A stretch of 64,000 nucleotides of DNA from Paraphysomonas bandaiensis (lineage: Eukaryota; Protista; Chrysophyceae), in assembly GCA_965644295.1 (NCBI GenBank), contig CBFFRP010000126.1, positions 42,726 to 106,725 of the forward strand, written 5' to 3'. The notes under the pieces were generated by a model, which was given only the letters and a program-made list of their open reading frames with translations, searched no databases and was not told the DNA's origin. Made by a program: the position numbers and the translations under genes. This document shows, piece by piece, positions 25,920 through 38,107 of the stretch. The stretch's first letter is position 1. Each line of letters starts with the position of its first letter.

Positions 25920-27320
25920 TTAGCCAGATAAGAGTGGAGTTGACTTAACAGAGCAGTCTGACCCTCCAGAGAAGACTTCCAAAGAGCTACCATCAGAGCT
26001 CTTATTAACAACGTTATTCCATTCTATACACAGCGCTTTTCCATCATGTGCTGCTGTCGAGGTGAGCGGTAATGCGGCTCTCGTATCCCAAACGCGAACC
26101 GCGCCATCATAGTCACTAGTGCAGAAACTGTTAGAGTTAACCGGGCTCCACTTTACCTGAGATACCCAGTGCATATCGTCTCCATTGACAAAAGAATTAA
26201 CACACACGGAACTATCGCGACTACGTGAGTCCCAGAGGCGCACGCGCCCATCAGGATGAGATGTCGCAATGAGGTTATTCTCGCGACAGAAGTTCATGGA
26301 CGTAACAACCTTAGACCCAGCTAAGGTGGCAACGCATTCCTGTTTCTCCAAGTCCCACTCTTTCACAGAGTGGTCCCATGAGGAAGTATACAGTCGCCCA
26401 GTCGACGGGCAGCTCTGGAGATGACTAACGGCCTGAGTGTGAGCATGAAGTGAAAAATCGTGTGGAATAACTGTGGCTCCGTCTACACCAGCATCTACTG
26501 ATGTTGGAGTACTCTCTGATGCGTTGATCTTCTTTTTCTTCCTCTTTCCAGTCGTATCCTGGTCGTCGGTCTGAGAAGGTCTGTCAAGTCCTGAAAGACG
26601 GTATCCAAAGATATGTCCTCCCCAGTCACCAGCTACCAACATATCTGTCCCACTATCTGTCCATCGCTCTACACACTCCACGCTACTAATCGCACTCTCG
26701 AAGCGACCAAGGCATGAGAGTGAGCACCCGCCCTTCTTAGGTTGCGAGACCTCCCAGCACCGAACACTCATATCTTTTGATGCCGTCGCAGCCAGTACCC
26801 GCGCAGAAGAATCTGACCAACAGGCCAATGATCGAATAGGGAGTTCGTGGGCCTGTACAGAAACCTTTTCCTCAAGGGTGGATGAGCAAAGAACCCTTAG
26901 CTGCCCATTGTAACAGCCAGCAAAGACACTCACAGGTGAAGCAAGCTGCAATGCACCCACCCATGCTGGGCACTCCGAAGATTTCGCCTCACCTGAAAAG
27001 CTAGTCACAGGTATGTAATCCACTACTAATACTTCCTCGGTTGATATTCTATTCTGCTGAACAAATTTCCGTAACGAAGTCCGGACCAAGGTATTGTTGA
27101 TTATGAAATCAAATGGAACTGGAGTGGAGTTGTCCAGTAAGTGATTAACAACCTCTGATAGCCCATAGCGCCCAAGTTTAGAAGGCACAGCGACAGCCGC
27201 ATCAGCAACTCTATAATCCTCATATTTCGTAACGAATCGAACACGTATCTGCACATATCGCAGTTAAATTAACATATACTAACAAGGACACACCCTCACC
27301 CGCTCGCCGGTATCCTCCAT
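25920..27320 (-). CDS. WDR12: Ribosome biogenesis protein WDR12/Ytm1 (NLE/UBL domain + WD40)
   Basis: Exon 1 MEDTGER (27320-27300) is spliced to IRVRFVTK..., then LSEVVNHLL, PFDFIIN and ISTEEVL. WD repeats include TSSWDHSVKEWD, HPDGRVRLWD and FSGGSD. Confidence 0.92.
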
Positions 27321-27639
27321 GTCCGAAACACAATTCACAGCACTTCAATGTCTATAATACCAAGTACTAGCCTGCAATGGATTGCATCAACGTCTTGTGC
27401 TATAGTGATGTCGTCTCCTCTATCTGAATGGTCGAAAACAGTCTCACATCCTGCTGTATTCCATGGTATAGAGGACTGTATTTTCTCTCCCCACGTCCTC
27501 ATGGTCGGTATTATCCACTAATACGTATATAGACAGCTGCAGGGTACTACTGGTGTGGAGTTTGCAAGACATATATAAACCCAACCCCCTGTGCTGCGAA
27601 ATAGCTATTCCGTTGCTCGGCAAAAGGTTTCCTTTCAAT

Positions 27640-28305
27640 ATGGGTGAAGACCAGTACGAGGCGCTCTTAATGCGTATCGAAAAGTTGGAGAAAAGAGTTT
27701 CTGATGTTGAAAAGAATTGCATTCCATCATCAGTTGATAAAGTCAAGGTCGCCCTGCGCAGGACTGGCGTATTCAATGCATGTATACGTAGAGTGCCAAG
27801 TGATTATTATGAAAAACCACTCGCATATCGAGCGCTTACGCTACGGTCTCATGTGCCGCACCTGTGCAAAAGCATAATACTGCAGAACAATATGTGTCGA
27901 CACGACGATACAAGCGACCCAACTGATAGCAAATATTATTGTGTTGTTATTCAATATGCAGCGAAATTTAATAGTGAAAAGATGAAGGAGTTCATTCATA
28001 AACTCAGACCCTCTGAAACACGCTTGCCGAAGAAAAGGTTTAATTTTCAGTTAGCTCCAGAAGAAATCAGTGATAAGTTAACTGGATTTAAGCACAATGC
28101 TGTGTGCCCTTATGGGATGGACTCACCAATTCCTGTTGTTATTTGCGACTCAATTTTGAGCCTTTCTCCTCCTTTTATTTGGATGGGAGCTGGTGAAGTC
28201 GATGCCAAGTTAGGTTTGCCCGTATCGGACTTTTTGCGATCAACGAATGCATTAGTGGGAAGTATGTCAGAGCCTAGGGATGAAAATGAGTTAATGTCGA
28301 CTTAG
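27640..28305 (+). CDS. YbaK/aminoacyl-tRNA editing-domain protein (intronless)
   Basis: LCKSIILQN, YYCVVIQY, LTGFKHNAVCPYGM and WMGAGEVDAKL. The first ATG is at 27640; the ORF track start at 27553 is a GTG. Confidence 0.85.
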   Translation: MGEDQYEALLMRIEKLEKRVSDVEKNCIPSSVDKVKVALRRTGVFNACIRRVPSDYYEKPLAYRALTLRSHVPHLCKSIILQNNMCRHDDTSDPTDSKYYCVVIQYAAKFNSEKMKEFIHKLRPSETRLPKKRFNFQLAPEEISDKLTGFKHNAVCPYGMDSPIPVVICDSILSLSPPFIWMGAGEVDAKLGLPVSDFLRSTNALVGSMSEPRDENELMST

Positions 28306-28560
28306 AGTAATTAGTGAAGTATTTTTATGAGGTCATATTGCGCACATTTTTAGGTCTGCTTTACTTTACTTTGGTACTGAGTGTGGAGTCGATTCACTTG
28401 TTCTGTTTCCGGTCAATCCTATCGTGATGTGGTATTAATTAAAGTATCACTAACTAACCACAGATTGAATAATTATATTAAAATCTATAAGCTGTTCATG
28501 ACATGCGATGGTTCCTAACATAATGACAACATGTAAACAATATAGCAATATTGTGTTGTT

Positions 28561-28930
28561 CAGGGATAGGGAACAATATATTGTAAAATATATTGATTGG
28601 TGGACTGGTTAAATATTCCATCAATATTGTTTCTGTTAAAGCTCACAATATATTGCAATGAATATTCCCATAGTCATAATATACAGAAAGCTTCTTAACT
28701 GTAGGGTAAAAATATAAGTCCATGTATATAAATCTCCGTTCAGACAGTGATTATAGCAACAATATAGAATATAGAGGATGGTGAAGCTGAAGTTGGCTAT
28801 GCGGAAAAAATTCTTCAATCAGCTCAAGAATTTAAGAAACGGGGAGTTGAAATATCTAAGTACAGGTGCACGAGTCATGTAGTATGTACACTACCAATAC
28901 ATGTGAACGCCTGTTCAGCGCAGGTGCTAC
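28561..28930 (+). mobile_element. hAT relic (TIR + transposase C-terminal fragment)
   Basis: The end CAGGGATAGGGAACAATATATTG matches the TIR family at 34004/34742. The plus strand reads KYRCTSHVVCT..TNTCERLFSA. Confidence 0.7.
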
Positions 28931-29477
28931 AAGATACGCGTGTGTGTGGTGCTAACGCTCTGTTCAAACGTGTCTTGCTATTATACTATTAGGCTAGTAG
29001 GCCTTGTCCTTCATGTGATGCTTATATAATCAATCTTTATCTCTAATCATACGAAGTGTATCTTTCATTAAATACTAAGACTAGCTCTAAATCTTATTTC
29101 TAGCTATACGCGAAAACATTAATCGCCTCTGATTTAGGAATATAGTATTTATCATTTAACCTCCACAATAGTTGAGTTATATTTCGATAGTGTATATATA
29201 CCCTTACCACTGTATCTTACTAGTGATATGCTATGTGTATGTGTATCATATTTACTTCCATGCTTGTACATGTATATTACACATCATCACTTTACATTCA
29301 GTATGTTACACCTCAGCTAATGCAGCAGTGGTATGAGGCTTACTATAGTAGTGAATGTCTGATTATTATCAATAGGCAGGGGTTTAAGAATCTTTGCTTC
29401 ACTCTGATGTCCTACTATTTAACGCTGCTACTAAAGCTTGACACCTATATTATTGCCCTTGAGTCTCGCAAGCATTC

Positions 29478-29600
29478 GGTTATGAGTGGGCAGAAGAATA
29501 TCTTCTGACTATGTTTGCGGCTCACTTTAGTTTCCCGGAGAAATATCTCCGGTACTTATCCTCCAGAACACCACGAAAAGGTGCGAGTCCAACTTTGTTG
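29478..29600. repeat. Dispersed non-coding repeat, copy 3 (partial)
   Basis: ggttatgagtgggcagaa...gtttcccggagaaatatctccggtacttatcc..agaacaccac matches copies 1 and 2. Confidence 0.7.
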
Positions 29601-29659
29601 TGGGTGCTGAAGTCAAGCATCCCTTTGTTTATACCTTAAGGACTCAAAAATCGTGAAGT

Positions 29660-30200
29660 TAGCAGATGCCAGGTATATTAACATTCTGCTTGTTGCTTTG
29701 AGTGATAGAGCGAATGTTGTTGCAGCAGCCTGTTTCACTGGCTTTGCGGCCCACCGAAGGAACTACAGCAGTTCGAGGTTCATCACTTGTCGCAAGTGTG
29801 TCATCATGTGTTTGATAATCTTGACTCGGTTGAACAACGCTCCATAATGTTAGTTGCACTGAATATTATATGCTTGGTTGATCGATACTTGATGTCAAGC
29901 TGTCGTCTTAACTTCTTGCTTGCTCTGTGGCTCTCTAGTACAGCAGCAACATCTTTTCTTACATTTGCCACTTCGAAGGCCCCATTCAGTGATTCAGCTT
30001 CTTGTGAATCCTTTCTAAATTTTGAAAAACAAAAAACTTCTTGTTGCCTTGCTTCGAGGAAGTAATTCCAACACCTTGTATGTGATAAATATGAAAGAGA
30101 TGACGGTCGAATAGTTTGGAATTGAAATAGAATTTTGGTGTTGTGACCTAAATGGGCGGATATGGCGATCATTTTACTGGCATCTTGCTTATGAACTGTT
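29660..30200 (-). mobile_element. hAT transposase relic
   Basis: KKLRRQLDIKYRSTKHII..ATNIMER resembles the C-terminal fragments at ~7200 and ~28850. Confidence 0.55.
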
Positions 30201-30880
30201 TACACTGGCGTGCTCTTACAGATCGTAAGTCTAAAATTGTACGAGTAGGACAGCACGGTATGAAGTTTACTATTTGGTTAATAGCTTAATAGAAACAGTA
30301 CGAATTTTAATATCGAACAGTATTTATCAGAATTGTTCGATATTAGATATTATAATACTAGACGACTAAACGAGCTACTATGTGATCATAATGCGTAAGA
30401 CTTAATTGTCCTATATAACTTTCTATGAAATTTTAATTTGGCATTAATTCTACATAGGTCTCCTCATCCTTTTATACTAGAAAAGTCTCCGGATATAAAT
30501 TACTTAAACTCTCAAGATCGCTTAGCATAATTATGATTTTTCTGAGATTTGCGTTAGCATAACTCTCAGTTTATTCTAAAGATATTTTACCGATCAAATA
30601 ATTGACCAGATAATAAGAAAAGTGGTTGACCTGGATCTATTAAACAATAGATTTTTAGTTGGCGGTTGACGACACTCTCACCCAAAGATCAAACGGTATA
30701 GAGGTAATGACTTTCAACTTCCACAACAGGAATATTACTCTCCTACGCTACATAGTACACATATATCGTGCTTCATAGTATAATGACAAGCAATGGTGGA
30801 TGTTAAAATCCAGAATACATAACAATATACTTTAACTCTTATATCTATCTATGACACCTAATGTTGCAGTGAACGGAACA

Positions 30881-31839
30881 TTATTTTGTGAGTTCAATGC
30901 GGAACAAAGAAGGCCACCATTTCCCAGTCACCATCAGAGACCCATCTGTAGTGTTGTATGCTATACCATTGAAGCAATCCGCTGATCGTGGACGAGACAT
31001 TTTAGGATATAACTGTCTGAAGTCTAGCTTTCTAACGACGTGGCCAGTGCTCGGGTCGATTATAATTAGGGCGTCAACATACCTGCACCAACTTCTGTAA
31101 TGCACAGGTGACATATATAACTACTTCACGTACCAGATATTCGCATAGATAAATCCGTCAACCATTTCCAGTTCATTTACGTGATGAATGTAATGTCCTA
31201 ATGCTACATCTCTCACCCTAACCTCGCGAACCTGTCATTAATTGAGAGCAGTTCACGTGAATTCGAATCAATAACCTTTGTCAACATTGTACCAGTGGCA
31301 CCAGTAGGAACTTCAAAGAAGGTCAAATGATCAGACCCATCGGATGCAATAAGATGATGCCCATCATAAGTGAGTCCCCATCCTTCTCCACTGTGAGTTT
31401 GGTAGTGGTAAGTTGACAAAAGCTATGCACACTTTTATAACACAGTGTGGTCATCCTATATAATACTCACTTCGAGTGTGTCCGCATCAAACACTAACAT
31501 CACCTTTTCCTTCCAGGTTAGCATATAGACCTTATTTCCCACAATCGTTATTCCCTCCGCTACATAGAATATCAAGACAAGACTAATATCCGGTTTGCAC
31601 TTACCGAAATACTTCTTTTCAATATTACGCTTTTTCAACGTTTCACCTGAATCCGGGTGTAATATTTGAATGGAGGATCGACCGTAGTTTCCTCCGCTTT
31701 CATATAAATATCCTTTGTGATATTCCAGTCCTTGAGTAAATACTTTGGAGTTATGCGGTATTGATAGAGCCACTGTGTAATGAGCTAACGAACGGGCGAA
31801 TTGCACACAGATAAACAGCACGATGGTAGTTAGTTTCAT
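30881..31839 (-). CDS. Glutaminyl-peptide cyclotransferase (plant/bacterial beta-propeller type), secreted, ~4 introns
   Basis: Signal peptide MKLTTIVLFICVQFARSLA, then FTQGLEY, LYESGG, EGITI, LTW, GEGWGLT, SDGSD, NELE, FNGIAY and VTGKWWP. Confidence 0.93.
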
Positions 31840-32367
31840 ATTTATAAGCGATTATTGTCAGGCAGTGCAGCTAGGTGAGTAGGAGTCACTCTCGTGGCCT
31901 GTGGGCATATCTACTTCTGCCTGTTGTCCGCTCTGCAGATCCATGTTCCACAGTGCTGTGTGTGGAAAGTGGCTGTATTCGGTATTTTGTTTGCATATGC
32001 TTTATATAGCTGTATCCTCAATGCAGTATTTCCTGGTATACCGGTATACCCTTTCCTGCGTTCGGAATACGAGCGATAGGGACTTTTGCATCGCCAAAGA
32101 GTCAGATTCTGCATTGATTTCTTGTACACAGTATATTGTATACCGCTCTGTACCGTACCTCTAGACCTTGTATAGTATGTTTACACACAACTCACGCTGC
32201 CTGCAAAATAACACCAAGTAGAACACACGTCAATACGAGCATACGCACCTCCCTCTCACCAGCTGCGCGAGACACCTGGCCTATTGATACCAGTGTTTCC
32301 ACCCAGCATAACTGTTGCACACTATATACAATTCATGCCCTCGGCACCACTTATCTGAGTAGCCCGT

Positions 32368-33925
32368 ATGAGTGGCTGTGTTGATTATGACAATAAAGAT
32401 AAACTTAAGGAGCAGAAGCTGATAGATTTACAATCTCGACTGGAGGATCTCAACCAGGTAAGTATACTGTGTTGTGTTATTGTGTTTACAACAGAGTTTT
32501 TTAGCTGTATGTTCGACTATTTCGTGATTCACAACAGTCCACTTCTATGATCGAAAAATGCCTTAAGGAGCAGGCGGAAATTAATCACCATATTCTGGTT
32601 AGTATGCTATGTATACAGAATATGGTCCCTCACTGTTGCCTGGGATATAGAACACGTTGCTGGATGCTGGAGGTCAACATGATCAGCTGAAGGATGATGA
32701 CACCGGAAGCAGTGGACTTCAATTTAGCTTTGAAGCGATGAAACCACAGTATGTAGAAAATTCTGACGATGATAGTGATACACCACTCAATAAAGAGAAA
32801 AGTGTGGGTGACAAGCCCAAGAGTTACAGCAGATACCGGCACTCCGTCCATACACAAACGAATCTCGCCATTGACCCACAAACGAGCGTGAAGTTGTCTT
32901 TCATCAGTGCTGGTCTTTCATCCTATGGAAGCACCATAGAAGAAAGCTTCGCAGGTCGCACTGCTACAAGAAGTGCGACTTCACAGACGGGATCTCATCG
33001 GCACTTTGTGACGCCATCCACTCGCCACCAGCAACACCAGTTCGACGAGGGAGAGGACGGTGGGGAATTCCACAGAGGTGATCTCCGAAGTGAGGAACGG
33101 GCACCATTATCTCGCCCCCCACCTGTTCCGAGCATATCTAACTCTTCTACTCGTCCGCCAGCACCACCTGTGACCCCTCTGCGGTCAATCCTACGAACCC
33201 CAACCCGAGCCTCTGCGTCAGATTACGAGGATACACCACCTATCAGGAGCGGTCCGTTAAACGCTTTCAGCCCTGCACTCTCCCCGATTCACTCCATTCA
33301 CAGCACCTTAAACTACACAGATGGAACGTTTCAGGCTCATGATGTTTCATGTACTGACCCACATCCTACGCGCCCACAAAGTGAAACGGAGAGGTGGCAA
33401 TCCTCCGCGAGGCCGCAGTACGAGACATCTGTTCCGCGGACTCGGGACTGCGATCAGTCTGAAGCGAGTCTGCAAAGCATTTCTATGTTAGACATGACTG
33501 GGACCACTGCTGCAACACATAGAAGTCTGAGGCCACAAGTTGTTGAACACCAGCAAAATCTCTCGGCGTCCAAGTTTCACAGAACTGGAAGTAGTATTCA
33601 TTTTCAGCCACAGGTAGCTCTCAGCGAAGAGTATAACACTGGAGAGAATAGGATACACCCACTTGAAGCGTATAATGACACTTTTGGTGGAGGTAGCCAC
33701 TACATATATGGTAGTAATACGCCTTTGAGGTCATCTCGCGGTTCTGGGTGGAACTCCCGCAATTCCAAGACTGAAAATTTGGCACCACGACATAGTCAGG
33801 TACTTGGTGATGGTACTGCCACACCACTATCTAAAAAGTCAAGCAAGTTTTGGAGAGATCGATTAGGAAGAAGGGATATGACTTCAATTTTGGGGTCACC
33901 TGTAAGCATGTCTTTGTTTTCTTAG
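32368..33925 (+). CDS. Hypothetical protein: short N-terminal coiled coil + long S/P/T-rich disordered region (3 exons)
   Basis: Exons ~32368-32457, ~32536-32597 and ~32650-33925 with GT-AG introns, including a 422-codon open exon. No recognisable domain. Confidence 0.7.
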
Positions 33926-34003
33926 TGGCAACGTGTTGTAATATTTTAATGTTGATATATATGTAGTAATCCTTGTAATTTTTATTAACACTATACGTAT
34001 TAC

Positions 34004-34742
34004 CCGGGCTAGGGATTGCAATATATTGTAAATATATTGTGCACCGGCCAAATAAAATGATAACATGACTGTGCATAATGTACATCCAAACTTCTGATAA
34101 TGGGTTTGTACCTCTATGATCAGTAGACACACATCTTAGGATGCTATATATAATTTAGCCAGCCAATTAATTGGCAACAATTACCAATAATAATTGAAAT
34201 TATCACTATTAAAACCAATTAATTGTTACGCAAGCCTGATATCACATATATCATACTGATATGAAGAGACGCTTGAACGATGAATGTATGCAAGGGTAGA
34301 GATATTCGCAACTGTTTTCGGTGTCAGGCTTAAGACTTATCTTACTGTCGGTGAGCAAGGAGATGTGACGAATCCTGCCGAAGGTATAAGGCATAAGTCC
34401 TCTCATTCGACAAGCAATGTATCTTGATATCATGATGTTGTTTATGAAAGCTAGTCGACACGTCGACACTAGTGGCCGGATGAATGTTTCAATTAATTTT
34501 GAATGGATGTATGTGATATGTGGTGATAATAACTTACATCGCCAATGATGTTCCAGAGAATGAGTAGGAGGAAAGTTGTGACGTTGTGACTACCTAAGCA
34601 GTAGGCAGTCTTGTCTAGCAGTGTAGTGGGTTTAGTTATTAGTTATCATGCCATATTGTTAAGTCGGCTTTAAAATTCCATCAATATTATTGGTGAGGCA
34701 CTATCTAACAATAGTATTGCAATATATTGTTCCCTAGCCCTG
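34004..34742. mobile_element. hAT-derived non-autonomous element containing a short second TIR piece (34137-34238)
   Basis: TIRs CCGGGCTAGGGATTGCAATATATTG / CAATATATTGTTCCCTAGCCCTG with a degenerate 8-bp TSD (CGTATTAC / TGTATCAC). Confidence 0.75.
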
Positions 34743-34886
34743 TGTATCACGTATTACTGTGCTTCTGGGCATAGGATAGATAGAAGATAAAAAGTCACAC
34801 ACGGTTAACCTATCTCCGCAATAATAGCGAACAATAAAGTAGTAACTCATAACTCAAGAGTGTAACTGAAATAAGTTTAAGCTGAA

Positions 34887-35213
34887 TTGGGGAAATTTCA
34901 ATCTAGTCAAGTTGGTTGAAAAACCTTGTCATACCAAAATTGGTGGAATAGCCTAATCAAAGAAAAAGATGATTCATCCTAGTCAATTTTAGTTATAAAC
35001 CTAATCATATAGTGTACCCGCATATAACTACGCATGTATATAATACCTGCATTCATTAATTGATGACTAGAATATGCTCCATTGTTTGAATGCATGAAAA
35101 ATTTACTTCTGGGTTACCCTGAAAAATCTAGTCATTGTAAACTGAAACTATGAGTTATTAAATGACTAAGGTTTGTCAACCAAATTGACTAGGTTGAATA
35201 ATAGATCCCTATG
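34887..35213. mobile_element. Second copy of the CTAGTCA-repeat MITE
   Basis: The end aaattgactaggttgaataatagatccc matches the 14133 end, and internal ctagtca repeats are present. Confidence 0.7.
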
Positions 35214-35747
35214 CGTATACAATGGTTGTGACAGTTATTGATGGAGCCTGCTATCACTTAAGTCGCTTGCATTCACAGAGTAGAGCGTCTTGGAGATAAT
35301 AATCGATATACCAGTGCCAAATATATTAACTTAAGTAGCAGTAGTCGTCTAAATAGACTACTTTCGGAGTTAGTTTTGAGAAGCATTGGTCTGTGCTCGA
35401 CAACAAGATAGAAGAGTTCCAAAAGTGACTAATTTCAGTCTATATAAAATAGCAATAACTACAAGGAAGAGAACAGAAATTTTATGACATGGAGGTATCT
35501 ACAAGACGTCAATGCACCGTGTCGACTTTTGTGCTCTGTCTGTACGACTGTTACGGCATCTTAAAAGTAAAAATCATCGACAAATCACGATTACCCCGAA
35601 TTAGGAATGAACTATCTCATGGAAGCTGTACATATGGTTATGTCCGCCACTGCATAATGAATGACATTTGGGACGATTGATTTCGATTATTTACACCTTT
35701 CCTGTTTTTTAATCAAGGCAAATGCTGCATTCCATATCCATATACTA

Positions 35748-37743
35748 CGAGTGATGACAATTCGCTGTAGAGAACAAAAATATCACCATATTGCCGACAT
35801 AATCTCTACAGCATATATATAGGTTTTTTGAAGCTCATGACATGAACTTTCCAACCATATATGTAACTTTTTAAAATATTCTATAATTTTAAAGATAATC
35901 AATTTTTTAGGGTTTTTTATGAAAACCCCTGATTTTTATACATGCCCATAAAATTACGAAAAAAACAAAAAAATAAATAAAAAGTAACTGAAGTGCTAGT
36001 AAATGCTCTCTACTATATATATGTAACGTATTATTACGTAAAAACTACTTTAAGTAAGTTTGTTTTAAAAAGTCCTGAGCGACCTCATAAAACGGCTAAA
36101 AACCGAAATAGTTTTAGCAGATAACTAGCTATATTTTCAACTAAACAACTAGTTAGAGTGTTGTATAGTACTTCTAAAGTTGTACTAATAGTATCTAGTT
36201 AGTTTAGGTACTATATGTATCATAAGAAGTTGTAAAACAAAATAAATAGCGTGAAAAATTAAAGCTAATTGAACTGACTAATAGTTACTTTTTATTCCAA
36301 GTAGTCGTCATTATCACCTTGCCACACATCAAACTCATCGTCTCCCTTTACAACTAAATCATCAACTTCTACATCAGTATCATCCTCTTCATACTCAGCT
36401 AAGTGTATAACATCAGAATACACACCCTTCTCACGATATCTAAATTCTTGTTCTAACTCACGATATCTAACTCGGGCATGGACCAACTTGTCCATTATTC
36501 TCCCACATTTGACGTTCAGATATTCTACACTCAATGCGCTTATTACATTCCAAACGACGCTTAAGGTAAATGCGACGCTTATTTGTGATATTTGCACTTT
36601 CACGACAAAGGCACAGCCTACGCATTTTTCCATTTTGGTCATTCGATACCTTAGCTGATAATGTTATGGACATCCTTAAACCACTTCTGTATATCCCGCA
36701 ACTCTACTGCTCTACCTTCCTCACTTCTGATACGCCAAACCTTATGTCAAACTTAGAAGATTAATAACCTTGAAGGGATTCATTACCTCTGCTCGTATAG
36801 GACCTGTCCAATCCGAGTTAATGTATTTATGCGCCCCGGATATATTGATTCATAGCTGCTACGAGGAAGTGTAGTACCCTTGTTATCAACCCATTCTTTC
36901 CATAGGCTGTATAGCGTACTAACGCCAATACCTAAATAGTCGCTAGTGCGATTCATGACGTCAGTAATACTTCTCAGTTGATGGCCGTTATAGAAGTCAT
37001 GACACATGCACCAAATTAACCTCAAAGACATGCTTATATCATCCATAGACAGAGTAGTACCACTGCAGCGACTACTGGGACATATAAATTTCAATGGGTC
37101 CGCCTTTGGCTCAGATGGAGTGAAGATAGGGGCAGCATAGCGATGGGGTCTGCTAGGGGTCTTAACGGCAATCTCGCAGGCAATTTCAGGGTTCAAATCA
37201 CATAAATGATTGCTTCGACGCCCCTCCTTATATATTTTGACCTTATTCTTTGATCCTGGGGGTCTACTATGCTTAATTCGAGGTGTAGTGGTCTCATTTA
37301 CCACTATGTCTCCATCAGCCTCAGAGTGATCTTCAAGGGATCTCTTCCGCATAATAATTTTTTCCTCGACATCTAGGAGCCCCTGAGAGTAACGGAGGGT
37401 ATGGTCAGGTAGCCGAGAGCATGCTCTACAATGTTATGTTATTTGGGGTCGTATGGCTTCAAGCTGAATATACAGTGTATTCTGCAGGTGTGAAGATCGT
37501 CCTCGAGTTTATTTGTTGCTCCGAAAACAACATTCTTGATTTTTGAGTGCCCAAATCTCACGACACAGACAGAGTCACCATAAAGTCCAATATAACGAAA
37601 TGTTCAGCATTTAATGGACTATTTCGTGTTAAAATCACAGTATTTCGATTGCTAAAATGAAAAAGTTATGGAATTAAACGTAAAAGACACTTTTTCATGA
37701 TTTTTTGTCCTTTCTCTTCTCTACAGCGAATTGTCATCACTCG
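35748..37743 (-). mobile_element. Tc1/mariner-superfamily DNA transposon, internally deleted
   Basis: 27-bp perfect TIR CGAGTGATGACAATTCGCTGTAGAGAA flanked by TA on both sides. ORF 37352-36783 has an HTH-like RTSDYLGIGVSTLYSLWKEW, and there is an acidic C-terminal fragment. No DDE core is visible. Confidence 0.85.
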
Positions 37744-38107
37744 TAGATAGTATAGCTACGTATACCAATGTGCGTGCTAGCTGGACCCTTGATTCTACCG
37801 CCTGTCGGTTTTCGTTTTGGGAGTGTTCCCTGTGCTTCTTCAGTCCATATTTTTGTGTGTTGAATTTGTCGTTTCGCTTTTCATTCTATTGTGTTTTTTA
37901 TGGTGTGTAATCAAGTGCAAATAGAAACTCCACATTTTTATCACTATCTCTGCATGCATTAAACGAGGTGACGAAACGAACAGGCATTCAACTTGTCTTT
38001 TGCATACATTCATATGTCGCATGCTGATATGGGCATGTGATCTGTCACATATGACTTATCGATGATTGTATTTACTTGACAAGCTAACTGAAACCCCACT
38101 TCGTAAT

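Noticed and set aside
30881-31839. Recent bacterial HGT of glutaminyl cyclase
   Set aside because: The gene has several typical introns, and this enzyme type is known in plants and protists.
31856-32274. Solo LTR (TGTCA...GACA with weak inverted ends) between divergent genes
   Set aside because: There is no TSD or second copy, so it is more simply the shared promoter region.
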